From an uncultured virus (IMG/VR IMGVR_UViG_3300009432_000684) (lineage: Duplodnaviria > Heunggongvirae > Uroviricota > Caudoviricetes), in the IMG/VR virus record IMGVR_UViG_3300009432_000684: 64,000 nucleotides of DNA, one strand, 5' to 3'. The notes under the pieces are model-generated. The model was not told the origin of the DNA, made no database searches, and saw nothing but the letters and a program-made list of their open reading frames with translations. This document shows positions 19,556 to 29,439 of this stretch, in pieces. Position 1 is the first letter of the stretch, and each line of letters opens with the position of its first letter. Made by a program: the position numbers and the translations under genes.

Positions 19556-20411
19556 TAGCTGTCTCCAAATCAATCATTCTTCCTAAACTGTACTTGTTCA
19601 TTACATGAATTGTCTGGCCTGATGTTTTTAATGCAGTATATTCGCCTAAGTAATTTTTCTTTTCTACTAAAAACGTCATCTGATCGTCTTTCATTTGCCA
19701 AAGTATATCTCTGTCTGTAGTGTACATCATTTTGCCGGGCATTTCTTTTGCAAACGTGCCATTACTAAAGCCGTTCATAATATGTATTGCAATACTAAAT
19801 GCAAAATCGTTTCTAAACAAAGAAGAAGTTATTTGGTAAACTCTTCTGTAATGATCCCATTCTTCTTCTATATGCTGTAGTAGATCAAAGTAAACATTGT
19901 TAACATTAGTTTTTCTAAAAAATACACAAGTGGCCCAGTAAAACGGTACACTAGTATCACTTATATATTTAAACTCTTGTTCATCTCTTACTTGTGCAAC
20001 ATCTGTTGAATCTTTATAAATTAAAAAATCGTCTGCTGAGTCAAAACATGATTTTAATAAATCATTAGATATAATATAATCAGTATCTAATAATAATGTT
20101 TCATCATACGGAGAAAGATCATATACTTGTGACCTAGTTCTGTTATTAAAAGTAGCTTGTCGCTGATGCATTCCACCATCAAAGTATAATTTTTGATTTT
20201 GTTGTGGTGGTGCATTACAAGGAATAATCCTATCAAATATATTTTCGTCAAATTCATTCTTTATATAATCTACTCCATCAGTTAAGATAGTAGTAGGTAT
20301 ATCTAGATATTTTCGTATGCGTTTTGCTAAAAATACAGCCTGCTTAACGTAGTCAACTTCAGAGTTATTCCTTGCAATTAAAAACGCACCTTTACTTTTC
20401 TGCATAGTCAA
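19548..20411 (-). CDS. GT-A fold glycosyltransferase (GT8/mannosyltransferase-like)
   Basis: KGAFLIA, SPYDETLLLDTDY (DxD), RNDFAFS and HVMNK; tandem paralog of the next gene. Start may be the ATG at 20405. Confidence 0.75.
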   Translation of the reverse strand: MTMQKSKGAFLIARNNSEVDYVKQAVFLAKRIRKYLDIPTTILTDGVDYIKNEFDENIFDRIIPCNAPPQQNQKLYFDGGMHQRQATFNNRTRSQVYDLSPYDETLLLDTDYIISNDLLKSCFDSADDFLIYKDSTDVAQVRDEQEFKYISDTSVPFYWATCVFFRKTNVNNVYFDLLQHIEEEWDHYRRVYQITSSLFRNDFAFSIAIHIMNGFSNGTFAKEMPGKMMYTTDRDILWQMKDDQMTFLVEKKNYLGEYTALKTSGQTIHVMNKYSLGRMIDLETANE

Positions 20412-20751
20412 CTAACTTTTCTACACTTCGTTGGTTTTTTAATTTCATATAATCTGTATGATACGAGTTAGATGCTACAAAGTATACATCAACAACCGAA
20501 TCATAAAATGCCTCTACATCGTCAACAATTGTAGGAATACCATTATCATCTGTTAGTACTGCAACATCATCTTGATGATTATCAAGTAGTAATCTTACAA
20601 AGTTAATTAACTCTTTTGTAACAGTAAACTGACACCCGTTATAAAAATACAACAAGTTCTCTTGGTATTTTTCTACTAGCAATCGCTTTTGATTGTTAAG
20701 TGTAAGCATATAATTAGAAAAATCTAATGCCTTTTCTAACCGTTCATCCAT
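20392..20751 (-). CDS. Hypothetical protein, first gene of the enzyme island
   Basis: 119-aa ORF with a strong SD (AGGAG) just downstream of the 20820-20848 promoter. Confidence 0.75.
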   Translation of the reverse strand: MDERLEKALDFSNYMLTLNNQKRLLVEKYQENLLYFYNGCQFTVTKELINFVRLLLDNHQDDVAVLTDDNGIPTIVDDVEAFYDSVVDVYFVASNSYHTDYMKLKNQRSVEKLVDYAEK

Positions 20752-20819
20752 AATCTCTCTCCTCTAATATTATATATTCGCTTAGACCAGAGATCTGCGT
20801 GAAGACTGGACTTTATACT

Positions 20820-20848
20820 AGTATAACACTAAATTAAGAAGAAGTCAA
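20820..20848 (-). promoter_or_regulatory. Sigma70-type promoter with extended -10
   Basis: Minus strand TTGACT (20848-20843), 17-nt spacer ending TGT, then TATACT (20825-20820). Confidence 0.8.
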
Positions 20849-20850
20849 CC

Positions 20851-21795
20851 TTAGAATGAGGAAACTGTAGTAGCGAGGGGAGTTATTTGGGTTACTGTTG
20901 TTGTTGATACGCCATCGATTGTAGCGGTACCGTTTGGTCTAAAATACGCAGCTTGATTGTTTACTATTGCTAGTACGTTTTCATCTGGATTTCCGTAAGC
21001 TGGATCCGTAAGCTCAACTTTGAACTGTAGTACAGAATCACTTAGTTCCATAGCATATAATGTATATCTGTTAGGATTGTATACTCCTCCACCTGAATTG
21101 TAATAAGCAGTTTGGTATGAACCAGACATATAGTCATGTCCTATGCCGCCATACGATTGTCCGACTCCGCCTGATGCAGAAGTGCCGTTGAAGCCAAACG
21201 AGATAGTACCTATTGCATTAACCATGTTTCTCCAATTAAGAGTTTTACCATCACTTCCACTATAAGTCATCGATGGAGTAATTCTAATTTGACCACCTGA
21301 ATTAAAATATTCGCGGCGTAGTTGAGCGTTAGGCCAGGTTACTTTCCAAATATGGTTACGTGTTCCGTTCCAAGTACTCGGTGTATCTGATATATCACAT
21401 ATTTCTAACGCAGCTTGACTTGGATGACATACTAAAGCATCAGTTTCCATATCAGTAGCTAGTGCCTCAAGCCCTGCTAGATAAGCTTCTTCAACTTTGT
21501 CTGTATTTGTTGTGTTAGTAGCATAGTCGCCGACTTGGAAGGCAATTGGAGTATACGCTGCTGTGCCTACTTGATGATATCGAATTCTTAAAATATTAAT
21601 GTATAGGGTTTTGTAATCTGAAGCATCAACTGTGTTAGGACTGCCTGCAGAAACTGTTGCACTTGAATCAATTGCAATACCATAACCGTATCGATAAGCC
21701 ATAGTGGCACGATTTGTTTCAAGAGCAGGCTTGAGTAGATTATCTACTCTTGCTTTTAAATTATTGAAACGTGCTGCTTGTACTTTTGTTGGCAT
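20851..21795 (-). CDS. Virion structural protein (tail/fibre-associated)
   Basis: Paralog of the N-terminal half of 21847..23976 (AARxNNL, RxHQVG, TWNG, RRxxFNSGGxIR); late box upstream. Confidence 0.65.
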   Translation of the reverse strand: MPTKVQAARFNNLKARVDNLLKPALETNRATMAYRYGYGIAIDSSATVSAGSPNTVDASDYKTLYINILRIRYHQVGTAAYTPIAFQVGDYATNTTNTDKVEEAYLAGLEALATDMETDALVCHPSQAALEICDISDTPSTWNGTRNHIWKVTWPNAQLRREYFNSGGQIRITPSMTYSGSDGKTLNWRNMVNAIGTISFGFNGTSASGGVGQSYGGIGHDYMSGSYQTAYYNSGGGVYNPNRYTLYAMELSDSVLQFKVELTDPAYGNPDENVLAIVNNQAAYFRPNGTATIDGVSTTTVTQITPLATTVSSF

Positions 21796-21814
21796 TAATA
21801 AACCTCTCTAGTAC

Positions 21815-21822
21815 TATTTATC
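21815..21822 (-). promoter_or_regulatory. Late promoter-like box GATAAATA
   Basis: Intergenic, about 20 nt upstream of ATG 21795, followed by an AGAGG SD. Confidence 0.65.
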
Positions 21823-21846
21823 GAACGATAAATTTGTATAAACTGA

Positions 21847-23976
21847 TTAAGAAGTAAATGTGCCGCCCCATCCTTTAGTTACTGTACTTCCAACACCCGA
21901 AGCTTCAAAGAATGTAAAGGAGCCTGTAAATGTACCAGTTGATGTAGGATGGATATACAATTGAATGCTTCTAGCTTGGTTTGTACCAAGGAAGTATGTT
22001 TTAGATGCTGTTGGAGATGTAGTAACACTTGGATAGTTTAAGCTATAACTAATGTCACCTGCACCGCTACCTACTGCAACCGCTATATTACTTGGTCTAG
22101 TAAGTTCTCTAATTGTTACACTACCTGAACCTGCTGTACAAGTTACTGTCCAGCTATATGATAATGCGCCACTTGCAGTGGATGAGTTAAAGTTCATAGC
22201 TCCAGCACTACCAAAGTTTGGAGTTACTGTATAAGCAAAGTCAGCAGTTGGTGGAGCTGGTGTTGGAGCAACACCACTTAGTGTTCCTCGATCGCCAAAG
22301 TCGCCAAACCCATCACCGACAATTCTTGCTTTAGTAGCTAGTAATGATCTTGCTGAGTCGGAGTTAGCTACTCCTGATAATGCTACTCCGTCAACATTAA
22401 ACGGAATAGGATTTGTTGCAATGTCCATCGCAGTAAAGAATGTCTTATAAAACGGTATTGATAACTGCGGTGAATCACCTGATACTGAATAATAGTTATT
22501 ATAATATTCTCTAGTCCAATAAGCTAGTCCAGATACGTCAGGTCGTCTATTCAATGCATATCTAGTTTCACCAGCAGTATTTAAAAAAGTGCCTGTTCCA
22601 TTATAAAATGCGGTTGCAATTGCTTCGCCTAGTGTGGCTGCAGTTGCTGATGGAATATTTAAAAGATAATTATCCTTGTACTCATTATACCAATGCGGTG
22701 AATAGTTGTATTGTATTGATGATACGCTTGTATCAGTTATTGTAACACTAACTGTTGATAATCCGTTATTTAGAGCGAACGTTAATACTTCTGTACCTTC
22801 TGTTGCTAAGTCACTTGATATTGTATATGTTAAGCTAGCTGAATTTCCCATCACTACTAACGAACCAGTTAGGCTAGCATTAGAAATATCTGCAGAAGTT
22901 ACACCTGTAATAGTATAAGGAACAAATGCGTTATTTGCTACATTGGTTGTTGTTAACGTAATTGTTACTTGATTACCTTCAACAACAGTTGCAGCACTAG
23001 TGCCTAATACGTATGTTGGTGTGTTAACATTAACTGGAACACTAAATCCTGATAGTGCTGTAGATGTAAAGTAGCTAGGACTTGTTACGGTAATACTACT
23101 TGCACCAACTGCTCTATATTGTTGTATAGTACTAGTTAATGCGCCGTCAACGTTGTTATCAACATTGTTATCAACAACTACATCATTAAATTCAATTCTA
23201 AATTCAATTACGTTTGAACTTGTTTCTCTAGCTTTAATTGTGTATAAGTTTCCTGCATAAATTCCACTGTATGATCCAGCACCAACTTTAGCATAAACTG
23301 TTTGGTAAGATGAGCTCATATAGTCATCACCAATATAATAGCCTTGTCCGCTAAGACCTGCAAAGGTTTGACTTCTTGTAAATCTAACTATACCTATTTC
23401 GCTACACAATGCTGCCCAGTCTAGTCCCTTAGGAGTACTAGGGTTAGTATTATTTGCACTTAATCTAATTTCACCACCTGAGTTAAAAAAGTGTCGTCTA
23501 GCATCAGCATCAGCAAACGTTGCCGTAAAGATATGATAGATAAGACCGTTCCAAGTAGCTGTTCTTGTGCTTGTTAGCTTAGGTTCTAAAGCTGCTTGAC
23601 TTGCATGCATTAACAGTTTGTCTGTTTCAATTGCAGTCATTAATGTTTCAAAGTCAGCAACACCTTTTTTGGTGCCGTCAACGTCAGTTCCAGATACACC
23701 TGCATCTGTTATAGTTCCACTAGTATCTTCTGCAATAGTATTTAAGTTAGCAATAACTTGTCGAATACCCGTTTCAGATACACCAACTTGGTGTATCCTA
23801 GACTTAACCATATCTGTATAGATGTTGTTAAGGTGACTAGACGAAACTATTGAATCTGATGCTACTTGCGATGATGCAAGCGTCTGACCATAGCCGCTGT
23901 CGCCGCTTCCAGTCCCTAGTATAAGTGCTACTCTCGATTGTAAATTATTTAATCGAGCTGCGGTAATATCTGCCAT
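21847..23976 (-). CDS. Virion structural protein with C-terminal Ig/Calx-beta-like and adhesin-like extension
   Basis: N-terminal ~310 aa paralogous to 20851..21795, then VVEGNQVTITLTTTNV...DLATEGTEVLTFAL and a T/S/G-rich tail. Confidence 0.6.
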   Translation of the reverse strand: MADITAARLNNLQSRVALILGTGSGDSGYGQTLASSQVASDSIVSSSHLNNIYTDMVKSRIHQVGVSETGIRQVIANLNTIAEDTSGTITDAGVSGTDVDGTKKGVADFETLMTAIETDKLLMHASQAALEPKLTSTRTATWNGLIYHIFTATFADADARRHFFNSGGEIRLSANNTNPSTPKGLDWAALCSEIGIVRFTRSQTFAGLSGQGYYIGDDYMSSSYQTVYAKVGAGSYSGIYAGNLYTIKARETSSNVIEFRIEFNDVVVDNNVDNNVDGALTSTIQQYRAVGASSITVTSPSYFTSTALSGFSVPVNVNTPTYVLGTSAATVVEGNQVTITLTTTNVANNAFVPYTITGVTSADISNASLTGSLVVMGNSASLTYTISSDLATEGTEVLTFALNNGLSTVSVTITDTSVSSIQYNYSPHWYNEYKDNYLLNIPSATAATLGEAIATAFYNGTGTFLNTAGETRYALNRRPDVSGLAYWTREYYNNYYSVSGDSPQLSIPFYKTFFTAMDIATNPIPFNVDGVALSGVANSDSARSLLATKARIVGDGFGDFGDRGTLSGVAPTPAPPTADFAYTVTPNFGSAGAMNFNSSTASGALSYSWTVTCTAGSGSVTIRELTRPSNIAVAVGSGAGDISYSLNYPSVTTSPTASKTYFLGTNQARSIQLYIHPTSTGTFTGSFTFFEASGVGSTVTKGWGGTFTS

Positions 23977-23985
23977 GTTTGATCC

Positions 23986-25458
23986 TTACACTTTTAGTAC
24001 GCATTCTATTAATTTTTCGCCTTCTTCATTACTAGTTTCAAGTGCTATTCCGACCAAAGAATTTGTTGCAATAGTTGTACATATACCGTCTGCCCAAGCA
24101 TACAGTGATTGTCCTTTAGACACTCGACCTGTTACTCTTACAGGTAAACGTCCTTTTAAACCAATTGCTTGACCGTCAAGTTCTGAGTTCATTAAGTATG
24201 CTGGTTTATCTGATATAACGCCAATACACTCGTCTCCTACTTTAGCTGCTCTAGTTTCCGAAGTACCACCAACTGCCATTGCAGTTCCTACTGGATATTC
24301 TTGATCCGTTGTATATTTTTCTGCTAAATCCGCATAACGTGCTTGTGTTGCAGTACCTTCGAATAAGTTTGCAGCAATGTTGCCTGTTGCGTCTCTTACT
24401 GCAACAGTATTATTTGAAGCACTAGCACTTGCTGTTCTAAAGTCTGTACCGACTCTTAGTGCAGTTGCTTGTGAAGCTTCACCTGTAAATGCTGATGCAT
24501 ATACATTAGAAAATTTAAGGGAGCCGCTACCTAGTGCAAACGTGTTGTCTACTGCTGGTAGAATACCTGAAGAATCAAACGTAACCGAATGTGTTGTTGT
24601 TCCAGAACCGTTTGTTGACTTTACCTTAATTTTACTGTTGTTGCCTGTAATATTTTGAATAACACCGTCAGTGCCGTTCTCAATTAATAGCTGTAAATCC
24701 TGTGAGTTACCAATTTGTATTCCGCTGTCTGGAAATTCAACAGTAGTTGTAAAAACTGTGTTATCGCTTCCGGATTGTTGAATAAAGTTTGATGCTAGTA
24801 CGCCACCTAAGCGTAATGAGTCTGAAGAAGTACCCCAAAAGTAATGTCCTGCTGGAGTAGTTATACCATTGGATGCTAATTTAGTATTAACTAGTGTAAT
24901 ACCCTTCTTAAGTCTATCAAATCCTGTAACTGCGTTACTTACTGCAATATCAAATTCAACTGCACTAACCATCATTACAACTTCACTATTAAGTGTACCT
25001 GCTATAACATTTCTATTTGTACCATTAGTATCAAGAAGTTGCAAGCTTTGCATTTGGGTTACGCCATCGCCTGCGTTTTGTGGTCCAATTAATATGAATA
25101 GTGTGCCGTTGTAAACGTACAATTGATTGTTAGTAGTATCCCACCAAAAATCACCTATCGATAACCCTGTTGGTTCAGTTGCAGAAGCCTCTGATCCTCC
25201 ATTTGTTCGCCACTTTGTTCCGTCATAAAACTTTAATTTAGCTGAAGCTGTATCATACCAAAGCTGACCGCTTAGTGGCCTAGCTGGTGCTGTTGCTCCG
25301 CTAAAGTTTTCTAACAAAAACAGAAAGTTTTCATTTTGTATTTCGCCATAACCTGCGTAGTTCTTACCGATGAACTTTAAATCGGTAGTTTGATCGACTG
25401 TCCCGTCTTCTACGTTGGTTAAAAGCGTATTATTGTATCTATCTATTTGATATGCCAT
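23986..25458 (-). CDS. Tail fibre protein with C-terminal intramolecular-chaperone (peptidase G2-like) domain
   Basis: Shared fibre N-terminus (GKNYAGYGE..NENF..LLENF...P..GQLWYD); C-terminal ARYADLAEKY...IGVIS.KPAYLMN...GLKGRLPVRVTG. Confidence 0.7.
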   Translation of the reverse strand: MAYQIDRYNNTLLTNVEDGTVDQTTDLKFIGKNYAGYGEIQNENFLFLLENFSGATAPARPLSGQLWYDTASAKLKFYDGTKWRTNGGSEASATEPTGLSIGDFWWDTTNNQLYVYNGTLFILIGPQNAGDGVTQMQSLQLLDTNGTNRNVIAGTLNSEVVMMVSAVEFDIAVSNAVTGFDRLKKGITLVNTKLASNGITTPAGHYFWGTSSDSLRLGGVLASNFIQQSGSDNTVFTTTVEFPDSGIQIGNSQDLQLLIENGTDGVIQNITGNNSKIKVKSTNGSGTTTHSVTFDSSGILPAVDNTFALGSGSLKFSNVYASAFTGEASQATALRVGTDFRTASASASNNTVAVRDATGNIAANLFEGTATQARYADLAEKYTTDQEYPVGTAMAVGGTSETRAAKVGDECIGVISDKPAYLMNSELDGQAIGLKGRLPVRVTGRVSKGQSLYAWADGICTTIATNSLVGIALETSNEEGEKLIECVLKV

Positions 25459-25483
25459 TGGTGTAACCCCTAAGTACTTATGT

Positions 25484-25491
25484 TATTTATC
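25484..25491 (-). promoter_or_regulatory. Late promoter-like box GATAAATA
   Basis: Intergenic, upstream of ATG 25458. Confidence 0.6.
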
Positions 25492-25506
25492 GTTTTGATC
25501 ATATGT

Positions 25507-27372
25507 TTAATAAGCAGTCGTTGCCTGCCACTCCCATGCTGTTCCATTTGACTGGAACCTCATCAAACTACGTGTTGCAGTTAATGAAACGTTACCACTA
25601 GCACCAGCAAAAACAATGTCTTGTACTACTGATTCGTTCTGTGTTCCGTTTGAGTCAACTGCTATGTACGAAATAGTTTTAGCAGAGTTTACATCAATAC
25701 CACTTGCTGTTGCATTGGCATATGATGTGCAGTGTAGTTTAGCTTGCTTATTATTATTAATTGCTGCTGCCGGATATAAATCATTTAAATATCCTGAGAC
25801 TGCTGCTTGTAGTGCTGAGCCTGTTCCTAATCCCGTAATATCAAATCCCATTACTATAGTTTCATTTGCTATTTCAGTATCTGCATAGATCTTTGTTGCA
25901 ACGTCTTGTACGTCGGTAGGATCTTTAACTCCAGTAATTTTATGATTACCAGTAATTGCTATATTGCCGCCTGGTGAAACAACCATTCCGCCAGTAGCTG
26001 TAATATTAATATTAGAAACAGAATTACTGATAGTATTACCGTCAATTCCAATTGAATCAACTTGTAGTGCTGTAAGTGTTCCGAGTCTAGTTAGTTCATC
26101 TGCGTATAAAATATTTGACAAACTAGTATTTGTTAGTTTAACTTGTCCTCCAATCTTAATTGATGTAGTCGTATCTGATAAATCAATATTTTTATTGAAT
26201 GTCCAAGCATCTGTTGCTCCTAGCCATTGAATAGTTTTGTCAGTATCAGTTGACAACAGTGTAACACCGCCGCCTTCTGCTCCAGCATCGTCTCCGCCAG
26301 TACTATCTGACTGGTAGCCTAGTTCAATATTCTTGTCTTCAACCCTTAATGTCACAGTATCAATTGTTGTAGAAGTTCCTTCTACAATTAAATTTCCTGT
26401 AGCTCTGATATCGCCCTCAACATCTAGTGTGTATGCTGGCAATCTGTTAGTGGTAAAAATACCAACTTTGGCTGTACTTGCATCTACGTAAACAGCGTCA
26501 ACAATTAGTGAGTTAAACTGATTACTACGCACACGCAAACTCATGTCATGGTCTAGTAACTGATTTTCTATATAAAATCTCTCACCGATCACTTTTTGTA
26601 CGTTGTTTTGTGATAGACCAATTGTCAAACCACCGGAGTTTTGAATAGTTAATGAACCAGTTGTTACATCATTTGCGTTTGATGCTAAAAACTGTTCAGC
26701 TGTTCTATTAACTCCTGCCGCATCTGTAAGTGCTAGTGAACTGCTTGCTACTCCGAGCCATTTAAAAGTAGTTGCATTAATAATATTAATGCCTTCGTAA
26801 ATAATTCCAGTTGTATTTGTTGCAGTAACTAACCCTGTAATTCTTTGTGAGTAAGTAGGCGTAAATTCTATTGCACTTAATACTGCTGACAATGTTCCGC
26901 CAACATACAAATATGCTATTGTACGTGATCTGCTTTGATTATCAAGTATACTACCAGTTTCAAATCCTGTTTTCTTTTGGGTTACAGTGTATTGTGGACC
27001 AATTAGTACTGTATCAGTTCCGTCAAATGCATAAAGTTGATTGTTTAGGTTATCAATCCATAAATCGCCTGCTACCATTGTAGGCAGTGTGTTTTGGACA
27101 AACGGTCCGCCACTTGCTTTCCATATTAATCCGTCAAATACTTTTAATCTAGCTGCACTAGTATCCCACCAAAGTTGCCCTGATAACGGATTACTTGGTG
27201 CTGCTGTGCTAGAGAAGTTTTCCAACAATTTAATAAAATTTTCATTAAACGCTTCGCCGTAGCCTGTATAGTTTTTACCAACTAATGTAAGGTTTGTACT
27301 AGCTGTGTCAATCTGTCCGTCAATTAACGATACTAGTAATGTACCGTCTGTTTTGTTTAATTGATAGCTCAT
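25507..27372 (-). CDS. Tail fibre protein
   Basis: Shared fibre N-terminus; G/T/S-rich; ITGVKDPTDVQDVATKIYAD fibre motif. Confidence 0.75.
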   Translation of the reverse strand: MSYQLNKTDGTLLVSLIDGQIDTASTNLTLVGKNYTGYGEAFNENFIKLLENFSSTAAPSNPLSGQLWWDTSAARLKVFDGLIWKASGGPFVQNTLPTMVAGDLWIDNLNNQLYAFDGTDTVLIGPQYTVTQKKTGFETGSILDNQSRSRTIAYLYVGGTLSAVLSAIEFTPTYSQRITGLVTATNTTGIIYEGINIINATTFKWLGVASSSLALTDAAGVNRTAEQFLASNANDVTTGSLTIQNSGGLTIGLSQNNVQKVIGERFYIENQLLDHDMSLRVRSNQFNSLIVDAVYVDASTAKVGIFTTNRLPAYTLDVEGDIRATGNLIVEGTSTTIDTVTLRVEDKNIELGYQSDSTGGDDAGAEGGGVTLLSTDTDKTIQWLGATDAWTFNKNIDLSDTTTSIKIGGQVKLTNTSLSNILYADELTRLGTLTALQVDSIGIDGNTISNSVSNINITATGGMVVSPGGNIAITGNHKITGVKDPTDVQDVATKIYADTEIANETIVMGFDITGLGTGSALQAAVSGYLNDLYPAAAINNNKQAKLHCTSYANATASGIDVNSAKTISYIAVDSNGTQNESVVQDIVFAGASGNVSLTATRSLMRFQSNGTAWEWQATTAY

Positions 27373-29429
27373 GATGTAACTCCAGTGTATATAATATAGT
27401 TAACAGCTAGGTATGGATTTAGGATATCCATTGCAGTTCCTAAAGTAGTTGATGTCTTAATACCACCACTTGAAGCTAAACCGTGTGTTCCTTGTGATCC
27501 AGACTCTATTGAAAGTTGAATTGCTCCTGTGTCTACAGGAGTACCTGTTCCAACTCTTGTTGCATAGTACTGTGTTCCACTGTCGCCTTCCATATCATGT
27601 TCGTGTTCTGGCAAATTTCCTATTGTAATTGAAGTACTTTGAGTACCTCCGCTACCGCCAATACTATCTGCATTTGCATCTGTTACTCTGTTGGCACTTG
27701 CACCGCCCATATTGTCCATGCCTAGTGCAAATCTTCCTCGCATATCAGGTAGTGCAAAAAAGTTAACTCCTGCATCACTAATTAAACTAGCATCTTTAAA
27801 GTTAAACCCAATAGCTAACCATAATTCGTTATAATCTGACTTTCTTACTTCTGATCCATCACAAAATAACCAACCTGACGGAGTTGCTGTGCCGCCATAT
27901 GGCATAAACACTCCTACTGGGTTGAGTGGAATATCTTTTATAAGGTTACTTTTTGTAATTCTAAATACGCCTGTTGTTCCAGTAGGCCTATTTAATAGTA
28001 CTTCGTCGGAATTCTCTGCGGAATACGTAACATCTTTATTGGAAATAAACGTATCAGCAATCGACATATTAAATGTCTTAGTGCTTCCGCCTGTTTGTCC
28101 GTCAAATTCAAAGCTTGCAGCTTCTACATCTCCAGAAACTGCAAATGTTGTAGCACTTGCTAGCTTATCTGCCGAGCCTGCTCTACCACTAACTGTTCCA
28201 CTTACGTTACCTTGAATGTTGCCGTAAAAAGTATTAGCATATACACTGTCGTACTTGTTTATTAACGTACCAATGTTTCTAATTGATGCTGAATCTGGTG
28301 CAATATTTCCAGTTTGTAAAATACCGCCTACATCAACATTACCGCCTATGTATGCATTAAGTGCAATGCCCATGCCGCCTGTTGTAATAAGTGATCCTGT
28401 ACTAATACTAGAACTGTTAATAGTACTAGTAATTGAAACATAACCTGATGCAGCAACTCCTAACTTAGGTGAAACTTTAACATTACCTGATACATCAAGA
28501 TCTTGTTCAGGGGCACTATTATTAATGCCTACTTTACCACTTGAATCAATACGCATTACTGTAGGTGTTGATGTTCCGCTACGTAATCTAAAGTCAATAT
28601 TGGAACCACTAGTGTTATGTTGTATAACGGCTTGCTCGCCGTCTACCCCCATACTAAGTTGTCCGCCTGTACCAATTACTATACCGTTATTATTTTTAAT
28701 TTTTAAATCAAAGTTTGATGTCGAAGTTTGATCTGTTCTAACAAAGTTAGCTGCTGGCACAGTTGTTGAGCCAACCACAAGTGCATCAGCTTTTTCTGCT
28801 GTACCAAAATACTTTAAAGCTTCGGTTCCAAATAATGCAGTATCACTAATGTTCATTCCTGCTTGTATGCCAGTTGTAAAACCTGCAATAGCAGACTTTG
28901 GAACAAATGCTCTATCACTAATAATGAAAGCTGGTTTGTCTTGCATTTTAACAGAAAGAATAGTGTATGTTAAGTTATCAGTTCCTACAACAGATTCTGA
29001 TTTTGTACCTGTTAACAATCCATCTGTAAATTCAGGACCAACTAATACCCAAGTACTACCTGTAAACAAATATAACTGCTGACTACCTGTATTAACCCAC
29101 AAGTCGCCTGCACTACTGTTAACAACAGCTGGTTCAGAACTTGCTTTTTTAAGTCCTGCAGCTGATTGCCAAATTGCGCCGTCATAAATTTTAAGTTGAT
29201 CAACTCCTGTCGACGTATCGTACCAAAGTTGTCCTTCTACTGGACGTAGTGGTGCATTACTGTTAGCAAAGTTTTCCAACAAGTGCAAAAAGTTCTCACT
29301 AATTGCTTGACCATATGCTGTTGTAAATCTACCAGGTAAACTTAAAGTAGTCTCCGCATTAAGAGTGTTGTCTTCAACTGTAATGGTTCCTTTGTTTACA
29401 GAGTCAGTGTAACTAATTGCATATGCCAT
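27369..29429 (-). CDS. Tail fibre protein with tail-collar domain (gp12/short-fibre-like)
   Basis: Shared N-terminus; C-terminal PVGVFMPYGG..PSGWLFCDG...LPDMRGRF...LPEHEH...PYLAVNYIIY collar/tip motif. Confidence 0.85.
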   Translation of the reverse strand: MAYAISYTDSVNKGTITVEDNTLNAETTLSLPGRFTTAYGQAISENFLHLLENFANSNAPLRPVEGQLWYDTSTGVDQLKIYDGAIWQSAAGLKKASSEPAVVNSSAGDLWVNTGSQQLYLFTGSTWVLVGPEFTDGLLTGTKSESVVGTDNLTYTILSVKMQDKPAFIISDRAFVPKSAIAGFTTGIQAGMNISDTALFGTEALKYFGTAEKADALVVGSTTVPAANFVRTDQTSTSNFDLKIKNNNGIVIGTGGQLSMGVDGEQAVIQHNTSGSNIDFRLRSGTSTPTVMRIDSSGKVGINNSAPEQDLDVSGNVKVSPKLGVAASGYVSITSTINSSSISTGSLITTGGMGIALNAYIGGNVDVGGILQTGNIAPDSASIRNIGTLINKYDSVYANTFYGNIQGNVSGTVSGRAGSADKLASATTFAVSGDVEAASFEFDGQTGGSTKTFNMSIADTFISNKDVTYSAENSDEVLLNRPTGTTGVFRITKSNLIKDIPLNPVGVFMPYGGTATPSGWLFCDGSEVRKSDYNELWLAIGFNFKDASLISDAGVNFFALPDMRGRFALGMDNMGGASANRVTDANADSIGGSGGTQSTSITIGNLPEHEHDMEGDSGTQYYATRVGTGTPVDTGAIQLSIESGSQGTHGLASSGGIKTSTTLGTAMDILNPYLAVNYIIYTGVTS

Positions 29430-29439
29430 AATCTATTCC

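Noticed and set aside
1..20751. Bacterial LPS/capsule locus or eukaryotic giant-virus origin for the enzyme island
   Set aside because: It is contiguous and co-oriented with myovirus tail genes, contains late-type boxes, and has no flippase, polymerase or export genes.
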